Part shown: in pieces, positions 1-8,456 of the stretch
Numbering within the stretch: the first letter of the stretch is position 1
How the letters are laid out: each line of letters starts with the position of its first letter
Virus record (IMG/VR): IMGVR_UViG_3300045988_016855
Strand: one strand, 5' to 3'
From: a virus
DNA: 37,207 nucleotides
Made by a program: the position numbers and the translations under genes
The notes under the pieces: model-generated
The model's input: only the letters and a program-made list of their open reading frames with translations
Databases searched by the model: none
What the model was told of the DNA's origin: nothing

Positions 1-25
1 ATGATATAATCATGGTAGGTGTAAG
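1..25. repeat. Terminal direct repeat copy 1 (ATGATATAATCATGGTAGGTGTAAG), identical to 37183..37207
   Basis: Exact 25/25 identity between the first and last 25 nt, read directly. Consistent with circular-contig overlap or terminal redundancy. Confidence 0.9.
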
Positions 26-104
26 GGGCTTTCGCCCCGACCTACCAGAGCCTTACTTGAACCGCTTTGCTTTGCTCGGCTTGCGTTCTTTTGGCTCTTT
101 TTTT
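17..104 (+). ncRNA. Putative cis-antisense small RNA (type I antitoxin-like), convergent with the 43-aa peptide gene
   Basis: An extended -10 (TGaTATAAT) lies inside the terminal repeat at 2-10 / 37184-37192. The stem GGTAGGT/ACCTACC encloses the hairpin GGGGC-TTTC-GCCCC (17-46). A long imperfect hairpin (AGAGCC...GGCTCT) is followed by a 7-T run at 98-104. No good -35 box; ends are inferred. Confidence 0.3.
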
Positions 105-184
105 ATTGCTATGATAACACTTGCGATCCCTGTTAATAAGGTTCCAGTTGCCACCATTAGTTCAGCAATCTCTGATATTTTCAT
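53..184 (-). CDS. 43-aa small membrane peptide MKISEIAELMVATGTLLTGIASVIIAIKKEPKERKPSKAKRFK (type I toxin-like / holin-like toxin-like)
   Basis: Hand-translated; it is below the ORF-track size cutoff. RBS AAAGGAGGA lies 4-5 nt upstream of the ATG. The peptide has one hydrophobic helix and a strongly basic tail, and is driven by a near-consensus promoter. Confidence 0.55.
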   Translation of the reverse strand: MKISEIAELMVATGTLLTGIASVIIAIKKEPKERKPSKAKRFK

Positions 185-205
185 ATCTTCCTCCTTTCTG
201 ATTAT

Positions 206-234
206 ATTATATCACGGTATGCCGTGACTGTCAA
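206..234 (-). promoter_or_regulatory. Near-consensus sigma-A promoter TTGACA-17 nt-TATAAT with TG extension; spacer contains the palindrome TCACGG-N4-CCGTGA (212-227)
   Basis: On the minus strand: TTGACAgtcacggcataccgtgaTATAAT. An A/T-rich UP-like tract lies upstream, and it sits directly upstream of the 43-aa ORF. Confidence 0.6.
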
Positions 235-290
235 CACTTTTTATAAAAATAATTAGAGATTTTTTAATCTGGAACTAGTTTCAGAGCAAA

Positions 291-317
291 ATAAAAAACC
301 CTCCCGAATTGGGAGGG
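291..317 (-). terminator. Rho-independent terminator after the RBP-like gene
   Basis: On the minus strand, CCCTCCC-AATTC-GGGAGGG followed by TTTTTTATTTT, immediately after the stop at 326. Confidence 0.8.
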
Positions 318-325
318 TGTGTGTC

Positions 326-1222
326 TTATGGTAGATTTTCCGGCCACGGTTCGTCTGTCGTGTATGACATAGTGGTAAATCGTAAATCTCCGATGTCTCG
401 GTCGGTAGGCACGGGATCATCAAATTGCAAACGCAAATGATTATAATCACCTTGCCCACCCAGATAAAAAGTTCCCAAACGTTGGCCCTTGTCGTTGGTC
501 ATAATGCCCAGTTTTGAGTTTGTAGAACGAAAACCGACGGGAACACCGCCGTTGCTTAAAATAAACACGTTTCGATCACGGTCTGACCCTTGCGCAACAT
601 AACCCTGTGCGCCTCTACGTTTGATACCAAACCAGCCCCACGATAGACCGCCAAAACTAATTTCTACTGTTGAGTTTATGCGTCTAAATTCTACGTACGC
701 ATTAGGTAGAGTTGAGCTGATATTTTTCGGTTTAAATTTGACATCGCCAAACAAAACAGACCAAGCACCGGAGCCAGTTCCGGGGCCTTTTTTAATCCAT
801 TTAACTGCCCCATTTTTAGCAGTCGTATCGGTATATATCGTACCAATATCTGCATTGAGAGCATACGGGAAACCTTGCCCCTTTAATTCTGTGCTCGCAC
901 TGCCTCCAGTATTGTTGGCTGAAATTTTTCGTTTTAGCTCTTCGAACTCATTTTTGCTGACTAGCTGGCTTGTATCCATTGTAGGTAGCTTGGATGTTGT
1001 GACAAATGGATCACCGCCATTTTGCAACTTAGTGTCAATCAGAGCATCCAAGCCAAGCTCTAAATGTTTGTCTTTTATGTTGCTTGTCATTTGCGCCTGC
1101 AGCGTGGAATAGGTCGGAAAGAGTTCATAGGCCTTTGACTGTGGCAATAAAGACGCTTGTTGACCTTCGATGTTGCCGATATCACGACCGATCTGTTGGA
1201 TCGCTTCTTTTAATTTGTCCAT
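326..1222 (-). CDS. Tail-fibre / receptor-binding-protein-like protein (298 aa)
   Basis: ORF track. N-terminal coiled-coil-like region, then the motif GFPYALNADIGTIYTDTTAKNGAVKWIKKGPGTGSGAW, which I recognise from C-terminal heads of phage fibres. Family assignment is from memory. Confidence 0.5.
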   Translation of the reverse strand: MDKLKEAIQQIGRDIGNIEGQQASLLPQSKAYELFPTYSTLQAQMTSNIKDKHLELGLDALIDTKLQNGGDPFVTTSKLPTMDTSQLVSKNEFEELKRKISANNTGGSASTELKGQGFPYALNADIGTIYTDTTAKNGAVKWIKKGPGTGSGAWSVLFGDVKFKPKNISSTLPNAYVEFRRINSTVEISFGGLSWGWFGIKRRGAQGYVAQGSDRDRNVFILSNGGVPVGFRSTNSKLGIMTNDKGQRLGTFYLGGQGDYNHLRLQFDDPVPTDRDIGDLRFTTMSYTTDEPWPENLP

Positions 1223-1235
1223 CTAGCGCCTCCTT

Positions 1236-1583
1236 TTAGAGACTGTTCTTTGCTGCTGTATAAACCTGTACGAAGTCGGTATTTTCGAGATCCGTGATTT
1301 TTTGGCCAAGTTCAGTCATTTTTGAGACAATAGCCCCATCAGAGCTACTTCCATCAGAGATTTTCTCAGCAATCTCTTTTAATGTATCTAACTCCTCTGG
1401 CACACCTTCACCTAAGATGGATGTTTTGACACCTTGAATTGCAGTGTCCAACTGTTCTTTTGTGATCCCACCTTGGCCGATCTCGCTCTTTTCCGCTTTA
1501 TTCGCAAGTTGTGTCTTGATATCTTTGATATCTGTCCCGACCGCTTGAGCAAAAGATGTTAGTTTCTCTGTATTTAAAGTCAT
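1236..1583 (-). CDS. Tail-fibre shaft-like protein (115 aa from the ATG at 1583)
   Basis: ORF track 1236..1598, trimmed to the Met preceded by AAAGGAAG. The motif PEELDTLKEIAEKI resembles the phage tail-fibre repeat (xLDTLxELAxxl). Confidence 0.5.
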   Translation of the reverse strand: MTLNTEKLTSFAQAVGTDIKDIKTQLANKAEKSEIGQGGITKEQLDTAIQGVKTSILGEGVPEELDTLKEIAEKISDGSSSDGAIVSKMTELGQKITDLENTDFVQVYTAAKNSL

Positions 1584-1594
1584 AATTCTTCCTT

Positions 1595-2062
1595 TCAAAT
1601 TTTAGCTAAATTGTAAAGTGTTGTTAAATCTGGCAATTCTTCTGTGTTTGGCCCATTTGGGTGTGCTGCGATATACTTATCGATTTCTGTTTTAACATCG
1701 TTTTTTACAAGCGATAAGACTTCCTCAGTCGTGAATTCTTCCGCAGATTTCGTAACCTCTAGCCGAGCGCTTCTGTCACTTGGAAAAATGTATCCATCAC
1801 AAACAACTTCAACAAGATATGACCCTATCGGCAATGCCTTTTCGATTTTGAAAGTAACTCTGGACTTATCCACTGTACTCTCAAATGTGGCCTTTCCTTT
1901 TTGATTGAAGATCCTGATTGTAGCATTTTTGCCATTCAGTTCTCTGATCGGTCGCATGTTTTCGTCCAGTAGCTCATAGCCAAAAAGAGAGGCAGAGTCG
2001 CCTTGTTTGACGACAGCCCCTCCTTCAAATTGCTTTAGATTCGTAGAATTTAATAATGTCAT
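1595..2062 (-). CDS. BppU-N-like (baseplate upper protein Ig-like domain) protein, 155 aa
   Basis: ORF track. RBS AAGGAGGA upstream. N-terminal pattern (VKQGDSAS...FPSD) resembles the BppU N-terminal domain. Co-transcribed just after the lysin. Confidence 0.45.
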   Translation of the reverse strand: MTLLNSTNLKQFEGGAVVKQGDSASLFGYELLDENMRPIRELNGKNATIRIFNQKGKATFESTVDKSRVTFKIEKALPIGSYLVEVVCDGYIFPSDRSARLEVTKSAEEFTTEEVLSLVKNDVKTEIDKYIAAHPNGPNTEELPDLTTLYNLAKI

Positions 2063-2077
2063 TAAATCCTCCTTGTT

Positions 2078-2830
2078 TTAAGAGAATGAGCCGAAGTCTG
2101 TAATCCGTTGCCCATTCTCTGATTGACCGACTGCCACATAGCGACGATTACCGGATGCACCGATGTAAGTGATCCAGATATAGCCATCGTTATCTAACCA
2201 GCCGTCGTAATTGATTTCCATTCCAGCAGTATAGACTGCCACAATTTCGCCAGCAAGACCAGCAGAAGACCGTACATTAAGAGCCGATACTTCAACTATG
2301 AATGTACCTGTCTCTGGGTTGAATCCATTAGAGTCAACTGTAAGAGGCTCTGATGGTGTGATAGGCTCTACTTGTGCAGGCTTACCGTCAACTGGGAAAT
2401 AAAACCAGCCAACAATAGCAGTAAAATCACGGGTATTATATCGTGCCGGGCCACCTACATATAGACTATCTTCGTTGCCATCAATATTCTGCTCGATAGT
2501 ACGCATGGTATACCCATCACTATCCTCGATCACTAGACCAGTATGACCGTATGAATGACCGAACAAGTAAGTAGTTTCTTGTACAAACACAGCCCCAGCT
2601 CGTGGTTTGCTGTCCGCATTGCCCTCTTGGTTATATTCCACCTCATAACCTAAATCACGGGCAGAATTGAGTAGATCAATAGCATTGCCCCAGAGAGTTT
2701 TGCCGAAAAAGTAAGTAGAGATTGCATTAGGTAGTGCAGCGCATTGCATCCCCCATTGGCTCATAGATACACCAGTGCCAGCATCTGCTAACCCTTCTGC
2801 ATATCCCAAAATATCATTTAAAGTAGCCAT
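2078..2830 (-). CDS. Endolysin, CHAP amidase/peptidase domain plus C-terminal SH3b (PlySs2-like architecture)
   Basis: ORF track. Catalytic Cys context (QWGMQCAALP) and His (GHTGLV). The C-terminal ALNVRSSAGLAGEIVAVY...GYIWITYIG...RYVAVG is SH3_5-like. Located after the holins. Confidence 0.85.
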   Translation of the reverse strand: MATLNDILGYAEGLADAGTGVSMSQWGMQCAALPNAISTYFFGKTLWGNAIDLLNSARDLGYEVEYNQEGNADSKPRAGAVFVQETTYLFGHSYGHTGLVIEDSDGYTMRTIEQNIDGNEDSLYVGGPARYNTRDFTAIVGWFYFPVDGKPAQVEPITPSEPLTVDSNGFNPETGTFIVEVSALNVRSSAGLAGEIVAVYTAGMEINYDGWLDNDGYIWITYIGASGNRRYVAVGQSENGQRITDFGSFS

Positions 2831-2847
2831 TATTACTGCTCCTTTCT

Positions 2848-2883
2848 AAAATCAAAAGCTACTATCCAAAAATAGATAGTAGC
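2848..2883 (-). terminator. Terminator-like hairpin between holin and endolysin
   Basis: On the minus strand, GCTACTATC-N8-GATAGTAGC followed by TTTTGATTTT; the lysin RBS follows. Confidence 0.45.
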
Positions 2884-2896
2884 CAGTAAAAATATA

Positions 2897-3160
2897 TTAA
2901 TCTTCGCTAGGTTCTTCATAGCCTAACGCACGTTCTGAGTCGCTTAGTCCAGCAGTAGTTGGATCGTTAACAACTCCGACCAAAACGAAGAATGCAAACA
3001 ATACATTGACGAATACCAAGATTTTATCAATGGTTTGCCCAAATTCTAGCTTGATGCCAAAGATATCGGCAAACGCTTGGAATAGCAATGCAAGCGCTGG
3101 AACGATTGCGAGCCAGAAATTTTTGTTACGTAAACGTACAGACCAGTTAATTTTATTCAT
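2897..3160 (-). CDS. Holin (phi LC3 / LL-H-like family)
   Basis: ORF track. MNKINWSVRLRNKNFW..., two TM segments, and the motif NDPTTAGLSDSERAL typical of this holin family. Confidence 0.8.
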   Translation of the reverse strand: MNKINWSVRLRNKNFWLAIVPALALLFQAFADIFGIKLEFGQTIDKILVFVNVLFAFFVLVGVVNDPTTAGLSDSERALGYEEPSED

Positions 3161-3172
3161 AATAGTTACCTC

Positions 3173-3457
3173 TTAATTATTTTTGTTCTGAATTAATGCT
3201 TTAAGCTCCTTCATATCCTCGCTCAAGGCTTTGACCTGCTCTGCGAGGATCAATAGAGACTTATTCTGTTCATCGTGGTTGTCGAGTCGTCTAACAGCCG
3301 TAAGACGGAAATCACGCATGTTTTCGATATCTTTTTCGATCACGACCATGCGTTTCTCTTGTGCCACGACACTTCCTTTAAAATTTCCATATATTCCAAG
3401 TAAGATCCCGACAAATCCGACCATCATCGAGATATCTTCTGGTGTAAAGTGGATCAT
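3173..3457 (-). CDS. Small membrane protein (N-terminal TM plus coiled coil), lysis-module accessory / holin-like
   Basis: ORF track. One TM helix (MMVGFVGILLGIYGNF). Immediately upstream of the holin. Confidence 0.55.
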   Translation of the reverse strand: MIHFTPEDISMMVGFVGILLGIYGNFKGSVVAQEKRMVVIEKDIENMRDFRLTAVRRLDNHDEQNKSLLILAEQVKALSEDMKELKALIQNKNN

Positions 3458-3476
3458 AGATCACGCCCCTCTCTCA

Positions 3477-4166
3477 TTAAATTACTGGTTGTGGTGTAGC
3501 TGTCGCAACTGGTTGAGTTTCAAGATTTCCACTTGGTTGTGCTGGCTTCTCTTCCTTCTCTTCTTTCGGTTTAACCCACTTCCAGATGCCGATTTTACCA
3601 TTTTGATAGAGGTTATCCAATTGCTCCAAAGTTTCCCCTTGATAAGTAAATGGCTCATTTACTTGGATCATGATGCGCTTACCTTCTCCAAATGCTTCAG
3701 TATGATTTGGATCTTCGATAGTAAAGATCTCTTGTGGTTGGTAAGTCTTACCAGATTGACCAAGGTCTACCAACTCAAGACCACGTTTAAATACAGTCGG
3801 ATCAAGTGGATTGTCAATATCGGTCACACGGGCCAAAACGTTCCATTCTGCCACTTCTTTGATCTTCTGGATTTGGTTTGCTTTTTCTTCGTTGTCCTTG
3901 GTCAACTCCTGAATTTTAGCGATAGCTTCTTTGTTGGCCTCAACAGACTTGTCAAGCTCTTTCTTGATTGCCACTACTGCGCCAGATGTGTCCAATTCCA
4001 TGCGGACGATGTTCAGTACTGCTTCAACCAGTGTCGCATCGTCTTCGTTTGTGCGATTGTTTGGCAAAGATTCTTCGAATACACGATAAGGAAAATTTTG
4101 CTTGATTGCTACTTTCGTAGTGTTGGCTACTGCATCGTATGATTTAAATTGTACTTTATAATCCAT
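3477..4166 (-). CDS. Conserved streptococcal-phage protein (DUF1366-like), 229 aa
   Basis: ORF track. Located between the tail-tip genes and the lysis cassette. Domain assignment is from memory only. Confidence 0.5.
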   Translation of the reverse strand: MDYKVQFKSYDAVANTTKVAIKQNFPYRVFEESLPNNRTNEDDATLVEAVLNIVRMELDTSGAVVAIKKELDKSVEANKEAIAKIQELTKDNEEKANQIQKIKEVAEWNVLARVTDIDNPLDPTVFKRGLELVDLGQSGKTYQPQEIFTIEDPNHTEAFGEGKRIMIQVNEPFTYQGETLEQLDNLYQNGKIGIWKWVKPKEEKEEKPAQPSGNLETQPVATATPQPVI

Positions 4167-4387
4167 TAGTTTGTTACCTCGTTTTTATTCTTAATTTCTT
4201 CAAAAAGATCCTTCAAGTCCTTATCGGACTCTAGGACAGAGCGATAGCTTTCAACTTCTTGAGCAAGTTGTGCTACATGTTCCTGAGTTTCAGTAAGACG
4301 GGCCTTAAATTCAGCTTCATTGATTGTCTTATTCGCCAATTGGTCGGCTAAATCAGCGATAATTGCTACGTATGTGTTTTCGTTCAT
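4166..4387 (-). CDS. Small coiled-coil protein (73 aa), unknown function
   Basis: ORF track. Its stop overlaps the next start (coupled). Confidence 0.55.
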   Translation of the reverse strand: MNENTYVAIIADLADQLANKTINEAEFKARLTETQEHVAQLAQEVESYRSVLESDKDLKDLFEEIKNKNEVTN

Positions 4388-4401
4388 TTTGTCACCTCTT
4401 A

Positions 4402-7400
4402 TTAGATATAGTGGTCAAACGGAATTGTTTGATCAGAATTGATATTGTAGAATGGGAAGCTGTATACATTAAGTCCCCATGAAGGATTTTTTTTGCGTAT
4501 TATTTCAAAATTCTGTCTAAAATGTTCAAGTAGTACGCCTAAATTCCATGCTCCGGCATGTCCACCTTCACCATGTGAGGGAACTGTAAATCCGGTAGTT
4601 TGAAATTGTAGTCCACCATTTTGATGCACAGAGTGTCTAAATTGGATTCGGTCTCCGACTAATTCCACCCTGTCGTAAGGAGTTTCACGACTATCACGAA
4701 ATATTCTGATACCGGCGAAAGATCCATCCGCTCCAGCATCTGACGGGTTGTCCGTCATTTCATTGATCCATTTATGAGATGTATTTCCTAAAGTGGTCGC
4801 AACACCGCCATGTATGGAATCTTTAAACATCAATGCTCCGATAGTGTTGTGCTTCTTCTGAGGATGTGTGCGTTGTCTAAAGAGTACATTTTTACCAGAT
4901 TTAAATTCAATTCGAGCGTTTTCGTTAAAATCAATTTCTGAGTTATCTAGGTCAATTTTCATCGCTCCCTTATTAGATAAAATCCTACCGCCGCTAATTC
5001 GTTCAGCAGAAACATCAATCGATGCCAATTGAGTAATAAAAGCCTTCTGTGAAGTCAACTCCCTAATAAATGCTTGATTAGCAAGCAATTTTTGGATCAA
5101 GGCATAGTCAACTTGTAGTTTATCTGCTGTTACTGCGTTGGAAGCAAGAATCTGTGTTGTGACAGAGCCGGACTCCATGTGACCGGTTCGAACACTTTGA
5201 GAAGCTAGATGACGGCTTGTGATAGATCCATCGACTACCATGTCACCTTTCACCTTGATCAGTTGAGCGATCAAAGCGATGGATTCTGGTTCTTGCACCA
5301 ACAAGGAACTGATGGTTCGTCCGTTGATAGTCTTACCTGTACCAAAAGAGATTTGGCCATCTGTGATATTGATGTCTGTTTTTTTCAAAACTCCATCAAA
5401 TTGGCTGATGATCGTTGCCACTTGCCCATCCACTGTCTGCTTGTATTCGGCAATCTTGGAAGATATAACTTGGTCATTATTTTGCTTTAAATCTTCAAGT
5501 CTTCTTGTGATTCCAGCTACATCTTCATCATACTTAGATTTCGCTATATAGCCTTGTCCCAAAATCTGTCTGGTTGCTTTTACAGCTTCCAAAGCAGCCT
5601 TCTCAGAGTAAGTCAGCATGCGCTGTTCAAGTTCACCATTTGGGCCGGTTTTTGTCTCTAATTTAGTTAATTGAGTAGATAGGCCTTGAACTGACTTTTC
5701 AAAAGTGGCTTGTGCTTGCTTCACTAGATAATTTTGATCTTCTGGAGCAGGCCCTGCATCTGTTCTGGTAGTGCTTTGTGTAACTTCTACTTTCTTAAAG
5801 GAAATTGATCCAATTCCATCACAGCCAATAATGATCCGCCAGAAATCAAACTCTTCACTTTTTTCTAGTGCAGGGGCAGAAACTTGGTATAGTTGCCATT
5901 CGTCTGTTAATTGAAAATGAGCCGAGATCCTTTCTTGATTGCCTCTAGATTTTCTATTTTCACGCAAAGAAGTCCATATTGTAGCAGAACCACTATTTCT
6001 TTTAGCATAAAATGAAATAGTGTAAGGCTCGCCTTTTTCCAGATAATCCAGAGCAGTTGTTTTTGAAGTAGCCCAACTTGGGGCTGTGCTAGAAAATATC
6101 TGTGCTTGTTTCCAAGTGTTAGTGTCGCCTGAAATAGTATAGATACCATTTTCTGCTGTACCAGTTGAATTGCTTGAATCACCCTTAGAAAAGAACCATA
6201 GACCACGGGTGAAATCATAATCTTCAGCGTAGTTTCTTGACCCAACTTTTAGACTTGTGAACTCTTCTTTGATGCCATTCACTGTCTGTTCAACATAAGA
6301 CCGGTCTGCTTTTCCATTGGCAACATTGGTCAAGTCAGAGATGGCTTTTTCAGTCGTCTGCTCAAAGCGTGATTGTGCGCCTTGGATTCCAGAAAATTGG
6401 CTTTGTGTCTGAGCTTTGAAGTCATTGACCAGCTTCTTGATGTCCACATCACTAGTTTTCAACTGGTCGGTAGTAGACTTTAACTCTTCCATCTTGACAG
6501 TGATGTCGCCATATTGTGCGCTGAACTCTTGTGTAATTTCGTTCTTTGCTTTTTGGCTTGCTGCATTGATCTTGTCAGTGACTTGCGCTGAGATTTCTTG
6601 CTTAACCACTTCAGCTTGTGCTTTGGCTTGCTCAATCCCGTCCGAGATTTTATGTTCCAGCTCTTTTGCTTGCTTGTCATACTCAGCATTAGCATTGTCT
6701 ACAAGCTTCTGCACTTTCGCTTCGTATTCAGCATCATAAGACTTCATTTTCTTATCAACGGAGTCATTGACCATACCTGAGATAGAGTCTGCTAAAGTTT
6801 TTGTTACTTCACCAAATCCGATACTGACAAGCTTGATGCTCATTGGATTGAACTTGTATTTTGTGATCTTTTTTCGCAAATCGACATCATAGTCCTCGTG
6901 TAAGATGCTCACGATATCAAACATGTGTGCTGGTTGATCTGCCTGGCCTACAACATCAATCTCAAGGCTTTCTTCAATCATGTCGCAAAGAGTTTCTCGG
7001 AAATAGCGCTTGCCGTATTCTTCAAGTGTTTTTTGATCCACTACATCCTGATCTTGTACTTCCATATCCGCTTCGTAGATATGCTTGTATTTATTAATCA
7101 GTGGGCTATCAATGGTCACGGTTAAGATCTGATCTTTCTTTCCTTCCTCGTGGGCTTCGATAACCTTTTTAAAATGGATCCGTGTTCTCAACTCTTTAGT
7201 GGATTTTGATTCCTGAAACGATTTCATGTTTTTCTTATAGGTAAACAATGATTCGTTTTCGATTCCGCCATGCTCCAGCAATCGAACGCTGTACTTATCA
7301 CGGACGAGATCACCACCCCACTGCCCAACGATAGAGTGCTTGTCTTTTGCCAAGGCTTCCATCGCTGAGACATCTTTAAGATTGAGGGTGTGTTTTGACA

Positions 7401-7764
7401 TCACATCGGAAAAAAACGTAAATGGTGTTTCTCGTTTGAACCCGGCAACAAGCGCATTCATTACGGTTGCTCCATTCACTCGATCGACATTGATCTTGTT
7501 GATGGAATATCCATTAAGTAATGTTGCTACTTGATTGGCATATACAGTGACATATCCGTGTTGCTTTTCAACTTCAAAGATAGTAAAGTACTGCTCTCCA
7601 TGTAAATCGTCAGCAACTAATTCTGTTTCCGGAATTAACAATGCCCATTTTGGATCTGAGGTTGGAAATTTAAAGGTAAGCTGATAGGTGCTGTTAGCTT
7701 CCTGGACGATTTCGGAGCTAAAAGCTTCGTTAAGAGGGAAGTTTCCCTCTTGTAGATAAATCAT
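4402..7764 (-). CDS. Tail-associated protein (Tal) fused to a host-specificity/antireceptor region, 1120 aa
   Basis: ORF track. N-terminus resembles prophage tail endopeptidase/Tal. It continues with a long coiled coil, a jelly-roll CBM-like segment, and gp58-like C-terminal repeats (ITSRHLASQSV...VTADKLQVD). Confidence 0.75.
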   Translation of the reverse strand: MIYLQEGNFPLNEAFSSEIVQEANSTYQLTFKFPTSDPKWALLIPETELVADDLHGEQYFTIFEVEKQHGYVTVYANQVATLLNGYSINKINVDRVNGATVMNALVAGFKRETPFTFFSDVMSKHTLNLKDVSAMEALAKDKHSIVGQWGGDLVRDKYSVRLLEHGGIENESLFTYKKNMKSFQESKSTKELRTRIHFKKVIEAHEEGKKDQILTVTIDSPLINKYKHIYEADMEVQDQDVVDQKTLEEYGKRYFRETLCDMIEESLEIDVVGQADQPAHMFDIVSILHEDYDVDLRKKITKYKFNPMSIKLVSIGFGEVTKTLADSISGMVNDSVDKKMKSYDAEYEAKVQKLVDNANAEYDKQAKELEHKISDGIEQAKAQAEVVKQEISAQVTDKINAASQKAKNEITQEFSAQYGDITVKMEELKSTTDQLKTSDVDIKKLVNDFKAQTQSQFSGIQGAQSRFEQTTEKAISDLTNVANGKADRSYVEQTVNGIKEEFTSLKVGSRNYAEDYDFTRGLWFFSKGDSSNSTGTAENGIYTISGDTNTWKQAQIFSSTAPSWATSKTTALDYLEKGEPYTISFYAKRNSGSATIWTSLRENRKSRGNQERISAHFQLTDEWQLYQVSAPALEKSEEFDFWRIIIGCDGIGSISFKKVEVTQSTTRTDAGPAPEDQNYLVKQAQATFEKSVQGLSTQLTKLETKTGPNGELEQRMLTYSEKAALEAVKATRQILGQGYIAKSKYDEDVAGITRRLEDLKQNNDQVISSKIAEYKQTVDGQVATIISQFDGVLKKTDINITDGQISFGTGKTINGRTISSLLVQEPESIALIAQLIKVKGDMVVDGSITSRHLASQSVRTGHMESGSVTTQILASNAVTADKLQVDYALIQKLLANQAFIRELTSQKAFITQLASIDVSAERISGGRILSNKGAMKIDLDNSEIDFNENARIEFKSGKNVLFRQRTHPQKKHNTIGALMFKDSIHGGVATTLGNTSHKWINEMTDNPSDAGADGSFAGIRIFRDSRETPYDRVELVGDRIQFRHSVHQNGGLQFQTTGFTVPSHGEGGHAGAWNLGVLLEHFRQNFEIIRKKNPSWGLNVYSFPFYNINSDQTIPFDHYI

Positions 7765-8456
7765 ACTTTATACCTCCAATTCCCTTTTATTGTGATTTTT
7801 GAGACGGTACCTGAAACTGCAATACCGGATGTACCTGGAGCAATCTCAAAGAAACCACCTCTTTTTCTCAAGGTGTTTTTCAAATTTCCATTTTTGTCAT
7901 AGACATTTTGTTTTTTATGACGGCAGTCAATTGTTGCTTTTGTATCAATCGTGAGTTGCATGGTTTGCTTACCAATCGTAAGCGTTACATCCCCACTTCC
8001 CTCAACTATGATGACCGGTTCAGAATAGACCGTGCCAGGGTTCGTCACAGTGCCATTACTTGTCAACACGACTTCCGTATTGTTTTTCTGATAGCGGAAA
8101 GGATGCATCTTGAGCTTGATTTCTAGTGACCAAGCATGGATGCCGTTTTGTCTAAAACTTGAGCCAGCATAGTCAGCATAAAAAATAGAGCCTGGTCGAT
8201 GCCCAAACTCTACTACATTATTCTGCTGGTTGAATTGCTCAAGGATTTTCTGGACCTCCTCTTCCTTTACAACATACAGACTAACAGTCTTATCATAGCC
8301 ATCATATGCTCCATCGTAGATAGGATAGTCTCCATTAGCCCCGTAAATCGTATTATTGTCAAAACGTGGCTGAGCCATTTGCTCCTCACCGTAATCGGTG
8401 ACATAGCAGTTTGGGATTGTTCCAGTGTCAAACCCATTAATAATCATGTTAAACAT
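7761..8456 (-). CDS. Distal tail protein (Dit)
   Basis: ORF track. 231 aa, directly after the tape measure, with overlapping start and stop codons. Confidence 0.7.
   Translation of the reverse strand: MFNMIINGFDTGTIPNCYVTDYGEEQMAQPRFDNNTIYGANGDYPIYDGAYDGYDKTVSLYVVKEEEVQKILEQFNQQNNVVEFGHRPGSIFYADYAGSSFRQNGIHAWSLEIKLKMHPFRYQKNNTEVVLTSNGTVTNPGTVYSEPVIIVEGSGDVTLTIGKQTMQLTIDTKATIDCRHKKQNVYDKNGNLKNTLRKRGGFFEIAPGTSGIAVSGTVSKITIKGNWRYKV

Noticed and set aside
1-25. The identical 25-nt window ends as attL/attR core sites of an integrated prophage
   Set aside because: An attP-like arrangement (arm-type repeats, a tRNA/tmRNA-3'-like core and a terminator) lies intact inside the window next to int. In addition, a promoter/RNA unit is split by the window ends. 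Circular overlap or terminal redundancy explains this better. It cannot be fully excluded without host flanks.
12-227. 71-aa plus-strand ORF at the left end
   Set aside because: No RBS and low-complexity hydrophobic translation. It is antisense to a much better supported 43-aa gene that has a consensus promoter and RBS, so it is likely a shadow ORF.
3231-4142. 303-aa plus-strand ORF
   Set aside because: It is antisense to the DUF1366-like and membrane-protein genes. It is Cys/Phe/Leu-rich and low-complexity, has no RBS, and interrupts an otherwise unidirectional operon. Shadow ORF.
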